A DNA stretch of 62,482 bases from Terrimicrobiaceae bacterium (GTDB lineage Bacteria; Verrucomicrobiota; Verrucomicrobiia; Chthoniobacterales; Terrimicrobiaceae), in contig JBGSVZ010000079.1 in assembly GCA_041752695.1 (NCBI GenBank), positions 1-62,482 of the forward strand. The letters run 5' to 3'. A program made the translations under genes and the position numbers. Below the pieces are notes generated by a model. It was not told the DNA's origin. It was given only the letters and a program-made list of their open reading frames with translations, and did no database searches. Positions within the stretch are counted from its first letter, which is position 1, and every line of letters begins with the position of its first letter. Positions 1 to 9,539 of this stretch are shown here, one piece after another.

Positions 1-140
1 ATACCACATCGCTGCAATTATCGAAGATTCGGTCACCACGCACCGGATCCTTGTAGCCATTTTTTCGAAAATTCCTCACTCCGGTCATGCCGACCGGCTT
101 CGGTGAATTAATCAGCGCTTCCCTAAAATGAGAATTGCTG
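1..140. mobile_element. Probable end of an insertion sequence interrupting the ADH gene
   Basis: The ADH frame stops resembling its family at LSEAAK|QQFSF*, where the minus strand reads CAGCAATTCTCATTTTAG, an IS-terminus-like sequence. Bases 1-140 are visibly more AT-rich. No transposase lies in the window. Confidence 0.45.
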
Positions 141-1235
141 CTTTGCGGCCTCGCTCAGCGGGAGGCGATGGGTGATAATGTCATCGAGGGTGATTTTCCC
201 GTCGTCTAGCCAGGTGATCAGTTCATCGATGCAGGCTTGCACGCGGGCCTGTCCGCAGTGGATGGAAATCCCTTTGTCAAAAATCTGCCCAATCGGAAAG
301 TTATCGTAAGGCATGCCGTAAACGCCAAGGATCGAGACCGTGCCTCCCCGGCGGACGGAACTGATCGCCAGTCTCAAGGCCGAGATCGAGCCAGCTTCCC
401 CGTGAACGATGTTAGCCAGCTTGCGCATCAGGGAGCGCTCGGCCTCCATGCCCACGGCATCAATACAGACGTCGGCACCGCGGCCGTCGGTCAGCATGCG
501 GATTTCTTCGACACAATTGGTGTCGTTGACATTAATGGTTTCCGCATTCGCCGTTCGGCGCGCCATTTCGAGGCGGTAAGGTTCGATGTCGAGACCGATC
601 ACACGTTTGGCACCGCGCACCCATGCGCATTTCTGTGCCATCAAGCCGACGGGCCCGCAGCCAAAGACCGCAACGGTTTCCCCGCCTTTCACGCCGGCCC
701 AGTCAACCCCGGAAAAGCCGGTGGGAAAAATATCGGTCAGAAAGAGGACCTGTTCGTCCGTGTAGCGGTCGGAGATTTTTCGGGGGCCAAAGTTGGCATA
801 AGGCACCCGGACGTATTCGGCCTGTCCGCCGGCGTAGCCACCGTAGAGGTCCGTATAGCCAAAGAGGGCTCCGCCCTTTTCTTTAAGTAGGCCGCCTTCA
901 GGACCGTAGTTGTCGTTGGAAATTTCACAGTGTCCAGGGAGTCCGTGACCGCAGAAGAAGCAGCTCCCGCAGGCGATGGGGAAAGGCACGATCACCCGAT
1001 CACCCTTCTGCAATTTGGTTACGCCTTGGCCGACTTCCTCGACCACCCCCATGAACTCGTGACCCATCACCATGGGCTCGGTCTGGGGAAGAAAACCGTT
1101 GAAAATATGGAGGTCGGATCCGCAGATGGCGGTCGAAGTGACTTTCAGAATAATATCGTCGGCTTCTTCGAGGCGGGGATCAGGCACGGATTCCACGCGC
1201 ATGTCCTTGGGTTTGTGAAATACCACAGCATTCAT
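123..1235 (-). CDS. Zinc-dependent alcohol / glutathione-dependent formaldehyde dehydrogenase-like protein, C-terminally truncated
   Basis: ICGSDLH, GHEFMG, CGSCFFC...C structural zinc site, GCGPVG NAD motif. Start placed at MNAVVFH (ATG 1235). The usual C-terminal tail after THRLPLSEA is missing. Confidence 0.9.
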   Translation of the reverse strand: MNAVVFHKPKDMRVESVPDPRLEEADDIILKVTSTAICGSDLHIFNGFLPQTEPMVMGHEFMGVVEEVGQGVTKLQKGDRVIVPFPIACGSCFFCGHGLPGHCEISNDNYGPEGGLLKEKGGALFGYTDLYGGYAGGQAEYVRVPYANFGPRKISDRYTDEQVLFLTDIFPTGFSGVDWAGVKGGETVAVFGCGPVGLMAQKCAWVRGAKRVIGLDIEPYRLEMARRTANAETINVNDTNCVEEIRMLTDGRGADVCIDAVGMEAERSLMRKLANIVHGEAGSISALRLAISSVRRGGTVSILGVYGMPYDNFPIGQIFDKGISIHCGQARVQACIDELITWLDDGKITLDDIITHRLPLSEAAKQQFSF

Positions 1236-1370
1236 GTACCCTCGCAACGCAAAGAACGCCCCCCGCGGTCGCATGGCGACGTCGGATGATGCTCCGGTCA
1301 GGGATGAGCCCCACCCCCGATGGGCCGCCAATGCCCTTGGCGAAAAAGTTCCCCCGCAGCGCGCCCTGGC

Positions 1371-4331
1371 TTAGGGCAGGTAGAGAATGCCCGAGGACTT
1401 GGTCAGATCGACGTTATTAGTCCCGCCGGAACCATTCCCTGTGACGGTATTATTTTTGATCTTTGTGCCCGGGCAGGGGCCGAAGGCGTAAATTCCGACT
1501 TCGCCATTTTCGGTAATGATATTATTCAGCACAGAGTTTTGGCGGGTCACATTGAGATAGATGCCCACCGTGGTGTTGGATTGGATGGTGTTTCCCTCGC
1601 CCTGTTTGCGGCCGCCGATGATCGTGCCACGCGTACCGCGATCAAGAAGGATGCCGCCGGCCCCGTTGGGGAGAACGATGTTCTCGCTCAGTTTGCCAAG
1701 TCCGATGTAGGTCCCAAAGATGAGGTTGTCGTGCGCGGTACCGGTCACCACCACGCCATACTGCGCGTTTCCGGAGATGAAAATTTCCGGCAGGATCGAG
1801 GGTTCGGATCCGCCGATGATATTATCGTGGGCCGACCCGCTGAGGACGAGGCCGTTCTGCTGGTTGGGAATCGCAACCGTGATGCCGGTATCGGTGCCCA
1901 CGGTCGTATTGGTGATGCGGACCCCGCTGGCATTGCCGCCGATTTCAATGCCATTCCGCAGATTGCCCGAAAACAGGCTGGTGCGAATCTCATTGCGGCC
2001 TCCCGTCGAGGTGATCAGCAGGCCATTCTGGCCGTTGGGGGAGGGAAACAACTGAAACGCCGCGATGCCGGCGAACGTGTTAAAACAGAGCAGCCCGGTG
2101 ACACGGTCGGTGACTTGAACGCCGTTCTGCGTGTTGCCGGAAATGACGTTACCCAGCGGGATGGGGCCTCCCAGGAGTGTGTTTCGCGAGGTGCCTTCAA
2201 TGAGGAGCCCGTTGCCACCATTGGGAACGGAAGTGGCATTGTCCGAGCCCATGCCCAGGAAGTTTGCCTGGATGACAATGTTGTCGGCGCTGGAAAGGCG
2301 GACGCCGTGCCGGGTGTTGCCCGAAATGACGTTGTAAAAGACGAATGGATTTTGGAAAAACGTGCAACCGCTGAGCGAGTTGTCGGATGCTTTGTCCATG
2401 GCCACCCCGTCCACCCCGTTCGGAACAGCGGCGGTACCATCCGCGTCGGTGCCGATGAAGTTTCCACAGAGGAGATTTTTGCGGGAGCCGTCGTTGATGA
2501 GGACGCCATTTGCGGCGTTGCCGGAAATCAAATTCCCCTGGACGGGACGCTGGAAGACGGCCCGCTGGGGATCCTTGTTTCCGGTCGGGTTATTGATGCC
2601 AAAAGCCTGGCCGCCGATGAGATTATTCGCGGCCCGCCCGGTGATCAAAATGCCATTGCCTCCGTTGCCGAAGGCCGGTCCCTCCTGACCGTTCGGGGTG
2701 GTGCCGATGTAATTCATCGAGACGATGTTGTTGTTCGATCCTTCCATTGCGATGCCATTCCCCCGGTTGCCGCTGATGACGTTGGACAGCTGGAACGCCG
2801 TGGTGATTTCGGCCTGAAAGGCAAAGGACGATGTCCCGGCGACGAGGCCGACGACGTTAAACCCGTAGACCGAGTTGCTGCTGGTCACGCCTTGCGGTTC
2901 TCCCTCGTAATTGAGGTCCACCCAGAACCCCTGGTCGAAAGTGTTGTCGGCATTGCGACGGACGGAAACCCACGAGCCCTGCACGGGATTTGGAGAGCCC
3001 GACTGCACGGAATCCGCGCTTAGGGTATAGACCCCCGGTTCGGTGCTGCTAATGCCTTCAAAATGGGTCACAAAATTGACGCCGGCGGGGCCGTTGGGAT
3101 AGTCGAAGGACGTCCAGTTCGAAAACGTGTTGGTGGTGGCGTCGTAGTCCACCAAAAACCCCTTCCCCTGCGTGAGGGGCAAACCGGGATTTTGCAGGTT
3201 GCTGGTGACGGAGGGACTATAACCTCCGCAGATCGTGTAGAGAGCCTTGCCTCCGATTTCGCCGTTGTACCAGATGCCGTAGGCCGTATTGCTTTTGGAA
3301 CCCGGGAACACCACGTTGGCGACGAACTGCCCGGTGGTGAGATCGTATATGTAGGCCTTGCCCGCGCCTAGGGGGAGTTTGCCATCCAGAGCTGGACCGT
3401 CGGCATTTCCCACGGCCAGATTTTGCATCGCGCTGTGGGTGTATTGGTAGGTGGCACCAGGGTAGGCGATGGTTTGGAAAGTGCCGCCCGAAGGCAATTG
3501 GCCGGTAGTGCCTTCCCACACAAATCCGTAATTATAAGCCACGCTGCCGGAGGTTCGGTAGGAACCGACGAGCCTGATTCCGCCGGCCGTGGGATTGTCC
3601 GGGCCATAGACGCTGGTTGAGATGGTGCTGGCTCCCGGATAGATCACTTCGTAGCTGTCTCCTCCGCCTTCAATCGGGCCAATGTAAAGCAGGCCATTGG
3701 TTCCGGACGACCCGCAGAGAAGGTATTCCCCGGGTGTGGTGCCCGAGTTGCGGATCCCCTGCCAGGCGGTCACCGGGATGGGAAAATCGCCGGAGTCGTC
3801 GGTGTTGTAATAGGAAATACTTTCCACCGGATCTGTGCTGCCAATGACGTTACCCGTCGAGGCCGCGAGAATCCGCACTCCGTCGCCGAAGTTTCCGGTC
3901 GGAGCCCCAGTCAGGTTGAGGCCGATGTAGCTGCGTTTAACCGTGACCCGTGACGCTCGCAGGGTGAGGGCGGCATTCCCCGATCCATACAGGGCCAGCG
4001 CGGAGATGGTCGAACCGTCCGAACCCTTGGCGGCCTGCAGGCCGGGGAGACCGGCAAAATTCACCCCCACCAACGGAATTCCCGCGTAGCCCGGGGCGCT
4101 CGTGCCGTCGATGGTCAGCGGTGCCGTAAAAGCAGGCAAGGGGGACCCCAGTGTGATCGTGCCACTTGTCTGAAAATCCACGGTGCTGCCAGGTAGCGCA
4201 TTTGCCGCAATGATCGCCGCCCGAAAAGATCCTGGCCCGGAATCGTTCAGGTTGGTGACGGAAAAAGTGGCCGCGAAACTGGTTGTTCGCAACAGACCAA
4301 GGAAAAGGAGGAGACCGGTCGCCAATTTCAT
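1371..4331 (-). CDS. Secreted right-handed beta-helix repeat protein with a large inserted domain
   Basis: Signal peptide, VTNLNDSGPGSFRAAIIAAN N-terminal cap, repeated NVISGNxxNG and NFIGTDxDG motifs. Confidence 0.8.
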   Translation of the reverse strand: MKLATGLLLFLGLLRTTSFAATFSVTNLNDSGPGSFRAAIIAANALPGSTVDFQTSGTITLGSPLPAFTAPLTIDGTSAPGYAGIPLVGVNFAGLPGLQAAKGSDGSTISALALYGSGNAALTLRASRVTVKRSYIGLNLTGAPTGNFGDGVRILAASTGNVIGSTDPVESISYYNTDDSGDFPIPVTAWQGIRNSGTTPGEYLLCGSSGTNGLLYIGPIEGGGDSYEVIYPGASTISTSVYGPDNPTAGGIRLVGSYRTSGSVAYNYGFVWEGTTGQLPSGGTFQTIAYPGATYQYTHSAMQNLAVGNADGPALDGKLPLGAGKAYIYDLTTGQFVANVVFPGSKSNTAYGIWYNGEIGGKALYTICGGYSPSVTSNLQNPGLPLTQGKGFLVDYDATTNTFSNWTSFDYPNGPAGVNFVTHFEGISSTEPGVYTLSADSVQSGSPNPVQGSWVSVRRNADNTFDQGFWVDLNYEGEPQGVTSSNSVYGFNVVGLVAGTSSFAFQAEITTAFQLSNVISGNRGNGIAMEGSNNNIVSMNYIGTTPNGQEGPAFGNGGNGILITGRAANNLIGGQAFGINNPTGNKDPQRAVFQRPVQGNLISGNAANGVLINDGSRKNLLCGNFIGTDADGTAAVPNGVDGVAMDKASDNSLSGCTFFQNPFVFYNVISGNTRHGVRLSSADNIVIQANFLGMGSDNATSVPNGGNGLLIEGTSRNTLLGGPIPLGNVISGNTQNGVQVTDRVTGLLCFNTFAGIAAFQLFPSPNGQNGLLITSTGGRNEIRTSLFSGNLRNGIEIGGNASGVRITNTTVGTDTGITVAIPNQQNGLVLSGSAHDNIIGGSEPSILPEIFISGNAQYGVVVTGTAHDNLIFGTYIGLGKLSENIVLPNGAGGILLDRGTRGTIIGGRKQGEGNTIQSNTTVGIYLNVTRQNSVLNNIITENGEVGIYAFGPCPGTKIKNNTVTGNGSGGTNNVDLTKSSGILYLP

Positions 4332-4569
4332 GTTCGTCGTTTAACGCGAAGGTGGTCGGATTGGCCACCAAAAAGCGGGTGCCGAGCCCGGAAAGACCCG
4401 CGGTGCTGTCGGCGGGGTTTTCTCGTTGGGGAAGGAAAATGTCGCGTCAGTTGAGAGGAACTGTTAATCCGATTAACGAATGTAACCAACTCATAAAGAA
4501 GAGGTTGCGAGGAATTGGAAGAAAAACAGTTTGACAGTTTGGTCTCTTTTTCTCTTATTCAGCGTCGAA

Positions 4570-4782
4570 ATGAATCCCCAGAGAGGAGAGGGCACCGATC
4601 TCGTCAAAAATTCCGCCCTGTACAAGGAGTTTCTTGCCGAACGGGAGGAAATTCTGCGGCATAAGTGGATCGAAAGCGAGAAGGCTGGCCACGACATTGG
4701 ATTTGAACGCGCGCTGCTCGACTGGATTGTGAAGTACCGTTCCGGCTGGCGCGATGAAAGAGGGCGGCCCCGCGCCGCGTAG
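4570..4782 (+). CDS. Small conserved protein, DUF4032-like (EILRHKWIESEKAGHDIGFERALLDW)
   Basis: HKW-SEKAG-DIG motif typical of this family; ATG at 4570. Confidence 0.75.
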   Translation: MNPQRGEGTDLVKNSALYKEFLAEREEILRHKWIESEKAGHDIGFERALLDWIVKYRSGWRDERGRPRAA

Positions 4783-4791
4783 CAAATTTTT

Positions 4792-4824
4792 GCCTTTAAA
4801 GCAGCCCCGAGAGGTTGCCAAGGT
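4792..4824 (+). promoter_or_regulatory. PyrR-binding RNA stem-loop
   Basis: GCCTTTAAAGCAGCCCCGAGAGGTTGCCAAGG matches the PyrR element pattern (CCTT..AAGG outer stem, GAGAG loop) and abuts the pyrR ATG at 4826. Confidence 0.75.
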
Positions 4825-4825
4825 C

Positions 4826-5386
4826 ATGACCGAAAACCCCGACACGCACCCTGCGATGGACGCGGACGCGATCCGCAAAGCCATCAGACGCATCGCCCAC
4901 GAGATCGTGGAGCGAAACTCCGACATCTCCCGCCTTGTGGTGGCGGGAATTCCCACCCGTGGCGTGGAAGTGGCCCGGCGCATTGCCGACCACATTGAGC
5001 AGATCGAGGGCCTTAAGCCGGCCTTTGGCATCGTTGATGTTTCCATGCACCGCGACGATCTTTCCACCCGGGGCCGTCTCACGGCTGTCGTGCCGACTCA
5101 GCTTCCCGTCGATCTTGACGGCCGCACCATTGTGATTGTGGACGACGTGCTGTTCACGGGCCGGAGCTGCCGCGCCGCAATGGACGCGCTTTCTTCCTTC
5201 GGCCGCCCGGCTCAGATCCAATATGCGGTGCTGGTCGACCGTGGCCACCGCGAACTGCCCATCCGTGCGGACTACGTCGGCAAAAACCTGCCCACCGCCC
5301 GAGACGAAAAGATCCGCGTGCGTTTTGAAAACCTGGATGCTTTGCCCGACAGCGTGCGGGTGGTTCAACCGGAGAAAGCCTTGTGA
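4826..5386 (+). CDS. pyrR: Bifunctional pyrimidine regulatory protein / uracil phosphoribosyltransferase
   Basis: RRIAHEIVE, GIPTRG, IVDDVLFTGR, VDRGHRELPIRADYVGKN. Confidence 0.95.
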   Translation: MTENPDTHPAMDADAIRKAIRRIAHEIVERNSDISRLVVAGIPTRGVEVARRIADHIEQIEGLKPAFGIVDVSMHRDDLSTRGRLTAVVPTQLPVDLDGRTIVIVDDVLFTGRSCRAAMDALSSFGRPAQIQYAVLVDRGHRELPIRADYVGKNLPTARDEKIRVRFENLDALPDSVRVVQPEKAL

Positions 5387-6318
5387 GCACCTGGGTTCAT
5401 AAAGATCTGCTGGGACTCGAGGAACTCAGCGCCGACGAGATTCGTCTGCTTCTCCACACGGCGACCGCTTTCAAAGGGGTGGGGGAACGGAGCTTGAAGA
5501 AAGTCCCCGCATTGCGAGGCCGGACGTTGGTGAATTTTTTTGTCGAACCCAGCACGCGCACCCGCACGTCGTTTGAACTGGCCGCCATGCGTCTGAGTGC
5601 TGACGTGGTGAACATTGCCGCCAGCGCCTCCAGTCTGCAAAAAGGGGAAAGCCTCAAGGACACGGCCCTCAATCTCCAGGCTCTTCAGGCGGACATCATC
5701 GTCCTGCGGCACAGTTCCGCCGGAGCCTCAAAATTCCTCGCGGAGCGGCTTGATGCCAGCATCATCAACGCGGGTGACGGCGCGCACGAACACCCGACCC
5801 AGGGCCTGCTCGATGTCTTCACCATGCAGGAAAAACGCGGCTCGGTGGCGGGGCTGAATGTCCTCATTGTCGGGGACATCTTGTTCAGCCGGGTGGCGCG
5901 CTCGAATATCAGCGCGCTGCTCAAGCTCGGTGCAAACGTCACCCTCGTCGGTCCTAGCACCCTGGTCCCGAAGGCCTTTGAGAAGCTCGGCGTCCGCGTT
6001 GCCCATCGTCTCGACGAGGTGCTGGAAAGTGCCGATGTGATCAATCTTCTGCGCATCCAGCACGAACGTCAGCGCAAGGAATATTTTCCCGGCCTCGGTG
6101 AATACATCACGTTGTTCGGTCTGACGAAGGCCCGTGCCGCCCGCCTGAAGCCGGATTGCCTCATCATGCATCCCGGACCGATCAACCGGGGTGTGGAGAT
6201 CGACAGTGACGTGGCGGACGGTGCCAAGAGCGTGATCCTCGAACAAGTGACCAACGGCCTCGCTGTCCGAATGGCCGTACTTTACCTCTGCGCCGGTGGA
6301 GCCGGACTGCCTTCATGA
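5383..6318 (+). CDS. pyrB: Aspartate carbamoyltransferase catalytic subunit
   Basis: EPSTRTRTSFE, NAGDGAHEHPTQGLLD, MHPGPINRGVEI. Confidence 0.97.
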   Translation: MSTWVHKDLLGLEELSADEIRLLLHTATAFKGVGERSLKKVPALRGRTLVNFFVEPSTRTRTSFELAAMRLSADVVNIAASASSLQKGESLKDTALNLQALQADIIVLRHSSAGASKFLAERLDASIINAGDGAHEHPTQGLLDVFTMQEKRGSVAGLNVLIVGDILFSRVARSNISALLKLGANVTLVGPSTLVPKAFEKLGVRVAHRLDEVLESADVINLLRIQHERQRKEYFPGLGEYITLFGLTKARAARLKPDCLIMHPGPINRGVEIDSDVADGAKSVILEQVTNGLAVRMAVLYLCAGGAGLPS

Positions 6319-7625
6319 AAATCCTCCGCATCACCAACGGCCGCATCATTGACCCCGCCAATGGCCGCGACGAAATCGCCGACCTCTGGATTGTGGGCGG
6401 GAAAATCGGAGATGGGAGGTCGGAGATAGGAGATGGGAGGTCGGAGATCGGAGATGGGAGTTCCGAGGTCGAGACGATCGACGCCAAGGGGCTCGTGGTC
6501 GCACCCGGGCTGATCGATATCCATGTGCATTTCCGCGAGCCCGGGCAGTCGCACAAGGAGACCATCGCGAGCGGCGCCCGGGCGGCGGCGGCGGGAGGAT
6601 TCACCAGTGTGGTGTGCATGCCGAATACCAACCCGGCGATCGACAACGCTGGCACCATCACGCTCATTCGGGAAAAAGCTCTCGCCAGCGCGTGTGTGAA
6701 TATTTTTGTCAGCGGGGCCATCACCAAGGGTCTCAAAGGGGAGGAACTTGCCCCCTATGGCTCAATGGTCAGCGCGGGAATTGTGGCGCTGACCGATGAC
6801 GGCCACTGCATCCAGAATCATGAAGTCATGCGTCGGGCGGTGGAATATGCCCGCATGTTCGGACTCACCGTGCTGGACCATTGCCAGGACTACTCGCTGG
6901 TCGGCGGCGGCATCATGAACGAGGGTGAGTGGAGCCTGCGGCTCGGACTGCCCGGCTGGCCGCGCGTCGGCGAGGAACTGATTGTCGCCCGCAACATCCT
7001 GCTGGCCGAGCTCTGCGATTCGCCGATTCATTGCCAGCACATCAGTTCCGGCGGCAGCGTGCGCCTGCTCCGTGAGGCACGGGCCAGGGGCGTGAAAATC
7101 TCCGGCGAAGTTTGTCCCCATCACATCGCGCTGACGGACGACACGCTGCAGGCTTTCGACAGCAATTTTAAAATGAATCCGCCATTGCGCACGCAGCGGG
7201 ATATTGACGCCATCGTGGAGGGCCTGGCCGATGGTACCCTCGATATCCTTTGCAGCGACCATGCCCCGCATGCGCTTTATGAAAAGGAAGTCGAACTGGA
7301 CCAGGCGCCGTTTGGCATCACGGGACTCGAAACGGAGTTTGCGCTGTTTACCGACATCCTCGTCCATAAAAAGAAAGCGCTCACCCTCGACCGCGTGATC
7401 GGGATGTACACCGCAAATCCCGCTAAGCTGCTTGCCCTCGACCGCGGCACGTTATCGGTCGGTGCGCCGGGGGATGTGACGTTGATCGATCCGGATCTGG
7501 TATGGACGTTCGACCGCGAGCAATCCCGCTCCCTTTCGAAAAATACCCCATTCCATGGCACCGAACTGAAGGGGCGCGCCGTGCGGACGATTGTTGCGGG
7601 CGAAACGGTCTGGAGCGCCGCTTGA
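6315..7625 (+). CDS. pyrC: Dihydroorotase
   Basis: DIHVHFREPG, MPNTNP, KMNPPLR, SDHAPH; follows pyrB. Confidence 0.95.
   Translation: MKILRITNGRIIDPANGRDEIADLWIVGGKIGDGRSEIGDGRSEIGDGSSEVETIDAKGLVVAPGLIDIHVHFREPGQSHKETIASGARAAAAGGFTSVVCMPNTNPAIDNAGTITLIREKALASACVNIFVSGAITKGLKGEELAPYGSMVSAGIVALTDDGHCIQNHEVMRRAVEYARMFGLTVLDHCQDYSLVGGGIMNEGEWSLRLGLPGWPRVGEELIVARNILLAELCDSPIHCQHISSGGSVRLLREARARGVKISGEVCPHHIALTDDTLQAFDSNFKMNPPLRTQRDIDAIVEGLADGTLDILCSDHAPHALYEKEVELDQAPFGITGLETEFALFTDILVHKKKALTLDRVIGMYTANPAKLLALDRGTLSVGAPGDVTLIDPDLVWTFDREQSRSLSKNTPFHGTELKGRAVRTIVAGETVWSAA
6401..6470 (+). repeat. Heptanucleotide tandem array (GGAGATG/GGAGGTC variants, about 10 units) in frame in pyrC
   Basis: gaaaatc ggagatg ggaggtc ggagata ggagatg ggaggtc ggagatc ggagatg ggagttc cgaggtc, encoding IGDGRSE IGDGRSE IGDGSSE. 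Confidence 0.9.
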
Positions 7626-7674
7626 CCGGGGCCGATTTTCCGTCGTTCCTCCCGGCGTTCTTTGCGGTTCAAGT

Positions 7675-8811
7675 ATGATCGAAAAGCGTTACACTCTCCT
7701 CGCCACGGATCCTTCCTCCAAAGCACGCGCCGGCATCCTGCAGACCCGTCGCGGTCCGGTGGAGACGCCGATTTTTATGCCGGTGGGTACGCAGGGAACG
7801 GTCAAGGGGGTGTGCCCGGCGGAACTTCGTGAACTGGGAGCCCAGATCATTCTGGGCAACACCTACCACCTTCATGTGCGTCCGGGTGAAAAGCTGATCG
7901 CGCGGCAGGGCGGCTTGCACAAATTTGCGGCCTGGGACCGGGCGATTCTCACGGACAGCGGCGGGTTCCAGGTGTTTTCCCTCGCGAAGTTGCGGAAGAT
8001 CACGGAAGAGGGGGTGCATTTTCAAAATCATCTCGATGGCACGCCAACCTTTATCGGCCCCGAGCGTTCCATGGAGATCCAGCGGGACCTCGGTTCCGAT
8101 GTGGTGATGGCGTTCGACGAATGTCCGCCCTATCCCTGCGAATACGATCCCGCCGCCCGCAGTTTGGAACTGACCCTGCGCTGGGCGCGGCGGTGCAAGG
8201 ACTGGTGGGCCTCGCAGGGTGAGGTTAATCCGCCTCTGGTATTTGGGATCGTGCAGGGTTCTTCGTATTCGGACCTCCGCGCGGCCAGTGCCCGGGCGTT
8301 GGTGGAAATTGGTTTTGACGGATATGCCGTCGGCGGGGTGAGTGTGGGGGAGCCCGAGCCGGAGATGATGCGGGCCATTGAAGATGCCGAGCCGCATTTG
8401 CCCGCAGATCAGGCGCGGTATGCCATGGGACTGGGCACGCCGCCGCAGATGATCGAAATGATCGCCCGTGGGGTGGACATGTTCGATTGCGTGCTGCCGA
8501 CCCGGCTGGCGCGCAACGGCACGGCTTTCACTGCCCAGGGCACGATGGCTCTGAAAAACGCCCAATATGCGGAGGACTCCCATCCCATTGAAGAAGGTTG
8601 CGTTTGCTACGCCTGCCGGAATTTCTCCCGGTCGTATCTGCGCCACCTGATCAAGGCGGAGGAAATTCTCGGACTGCGCCTCGTCAGTCTCCATAACCTG
8701 CACTTTTATCTCAATCTGCTTCGCCGGGCCCGCCAGGCCATTCTGGACGGAACTTTTGCGGAATTCCGGCGAGGTTTCGTCGGCGGCTATCGGGTGCGGG
8801 AAAAAGAATAA
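7675..8811 (+). CDS. tgt: Queuine tRNA-ribosyltransferase
   Basis: TPIFMPVGT, TDSGGFQVFSL, DMFDCVLPTR, CxCxxC zinc site, HNL. Confidence 0.97.
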   Translation: MIEKRYTLLATDPSSKARAGILQTRRGPVETPIFMPVGTQGTVKGVCPAELRELGAQIILGNTYHLHVRPGEKLIARQGGLHKFAAWDRAILTDSGGFQVFSLAKLRKITEEGVHFQNHLDGTPTFIGPERSMEIQRDLGSDVVMAFDECPPYPCEYDPAARSLELTLRWARRCKDWWASQGEVNPPLVFGIVQGSSYSDLRAASARALVEIGFDGYAVGGVSVGEPEPEMMRAIEDAEPHLPADQARYAMGLGTPPQMIEMIARGVDMFDCVLPTRLARNGTAFTAQGTMALKNAQYAEDSHPIEEGCVCYACRNFSRSYLRHLIKAEEILGLRLVSLHNLHFYLNLLRRARQAILDGTFAEFRRGFVGGYRVREKE

Positions 8812-8875
8812 TCCCGCACTTTCCGGGTGAATCCCGCTTGCACTTGCCTGTCTGTTCCCGCAATTTGCCACTTCG

Positions 8876-9502
8876 ATGAACGCCATCACTTTTCGCCGCC
8901 TCGCCGCTTTCGGTGCGACGGCTCTTTTCGCCTTCACTTTCACCGCCTGCGAGACGACGACCGTTTCCGGCCGCCGCACGGCTTTCACCTTCGATCCGCC
9001 GGTGAAGGCCGCGAAAAATCCGTCCGCGGTGAAGCTAAAACTCAGCACCGGGGCGCAGCGTCTTTATGTGGTCGAAGGGGATACGGTTCTGCTGGCCACT
9101 CCGGTCACGGTTGGTACGGCATCCACTCCCACGCCCCTCGGCAACTACACGATCTATTCCAAAACCGCTAACCGCCGTCGGGTGAGCAGCCCGGGAGCAG
9201 GCTATCCCATGACGTATTGGATGGAGTTCAAATCCGCTTACGGTCTCCACTGGGGTTTCGTGAAGCCGCACCCGAGCACCCATGGGTGTGTGCGCATGCC
9301 GATCAAATCGGCGGCCAAGGTTTTCGCCCTTACTCGAACCGGCACACCGATCAACATCGCCCGCAGCCAGCCTTGGGACGCGACCATCGGCAAAACCCTG
9401 CCAGTTTTGGATGACTCCGCGTTGCCCGACCCCCCAATGTCGTACATGCTGAGCCCGAAGGTGTTCTCAGACGCCCGCGAGGGCAAGATGTGGACTTTTT
9501 AA
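8876..9502 (+). CDS. L,D-transpeptidase family lipoprotein
   Basis: Lipobox FTAC, TPTPLGNY, HWG...STHGCVRM catalytic motif. Confidence 0.85.
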   Translation: MNAITFRRLAAFGATALFAFTFTACETTTVSGRRTAFTFDPPVKAAKNPSAVKLKLSTGAQRLYVVEGDTVLLATPVTVGTASTPTPLGNYTIYSKTANRRRVSSPGAGYPMTYWMEFKSAYGLHWGFVKPHPSTHGCVRMPIKSAAKVFALTRTGTPINIARSQPWDATIGKTLPVLDDSALPDPPMSYMLSPKVFSDAREGKMWTF

Positions 9503-9539
9503 AGGGGGCGTCAGAAAATGAGCGTACCGTGTGGCGTGG

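Noticed and set aside
1320..3023. 567-aa plus-strand ORF
   Set aside because: Antisense shadow of the beta-helix gene, with no family motifs; expected from GC-rich codon bias.
4464..4476. CtrA box
   Set aside because: Spacing is TTAA-N5-TTAA rather than N7.
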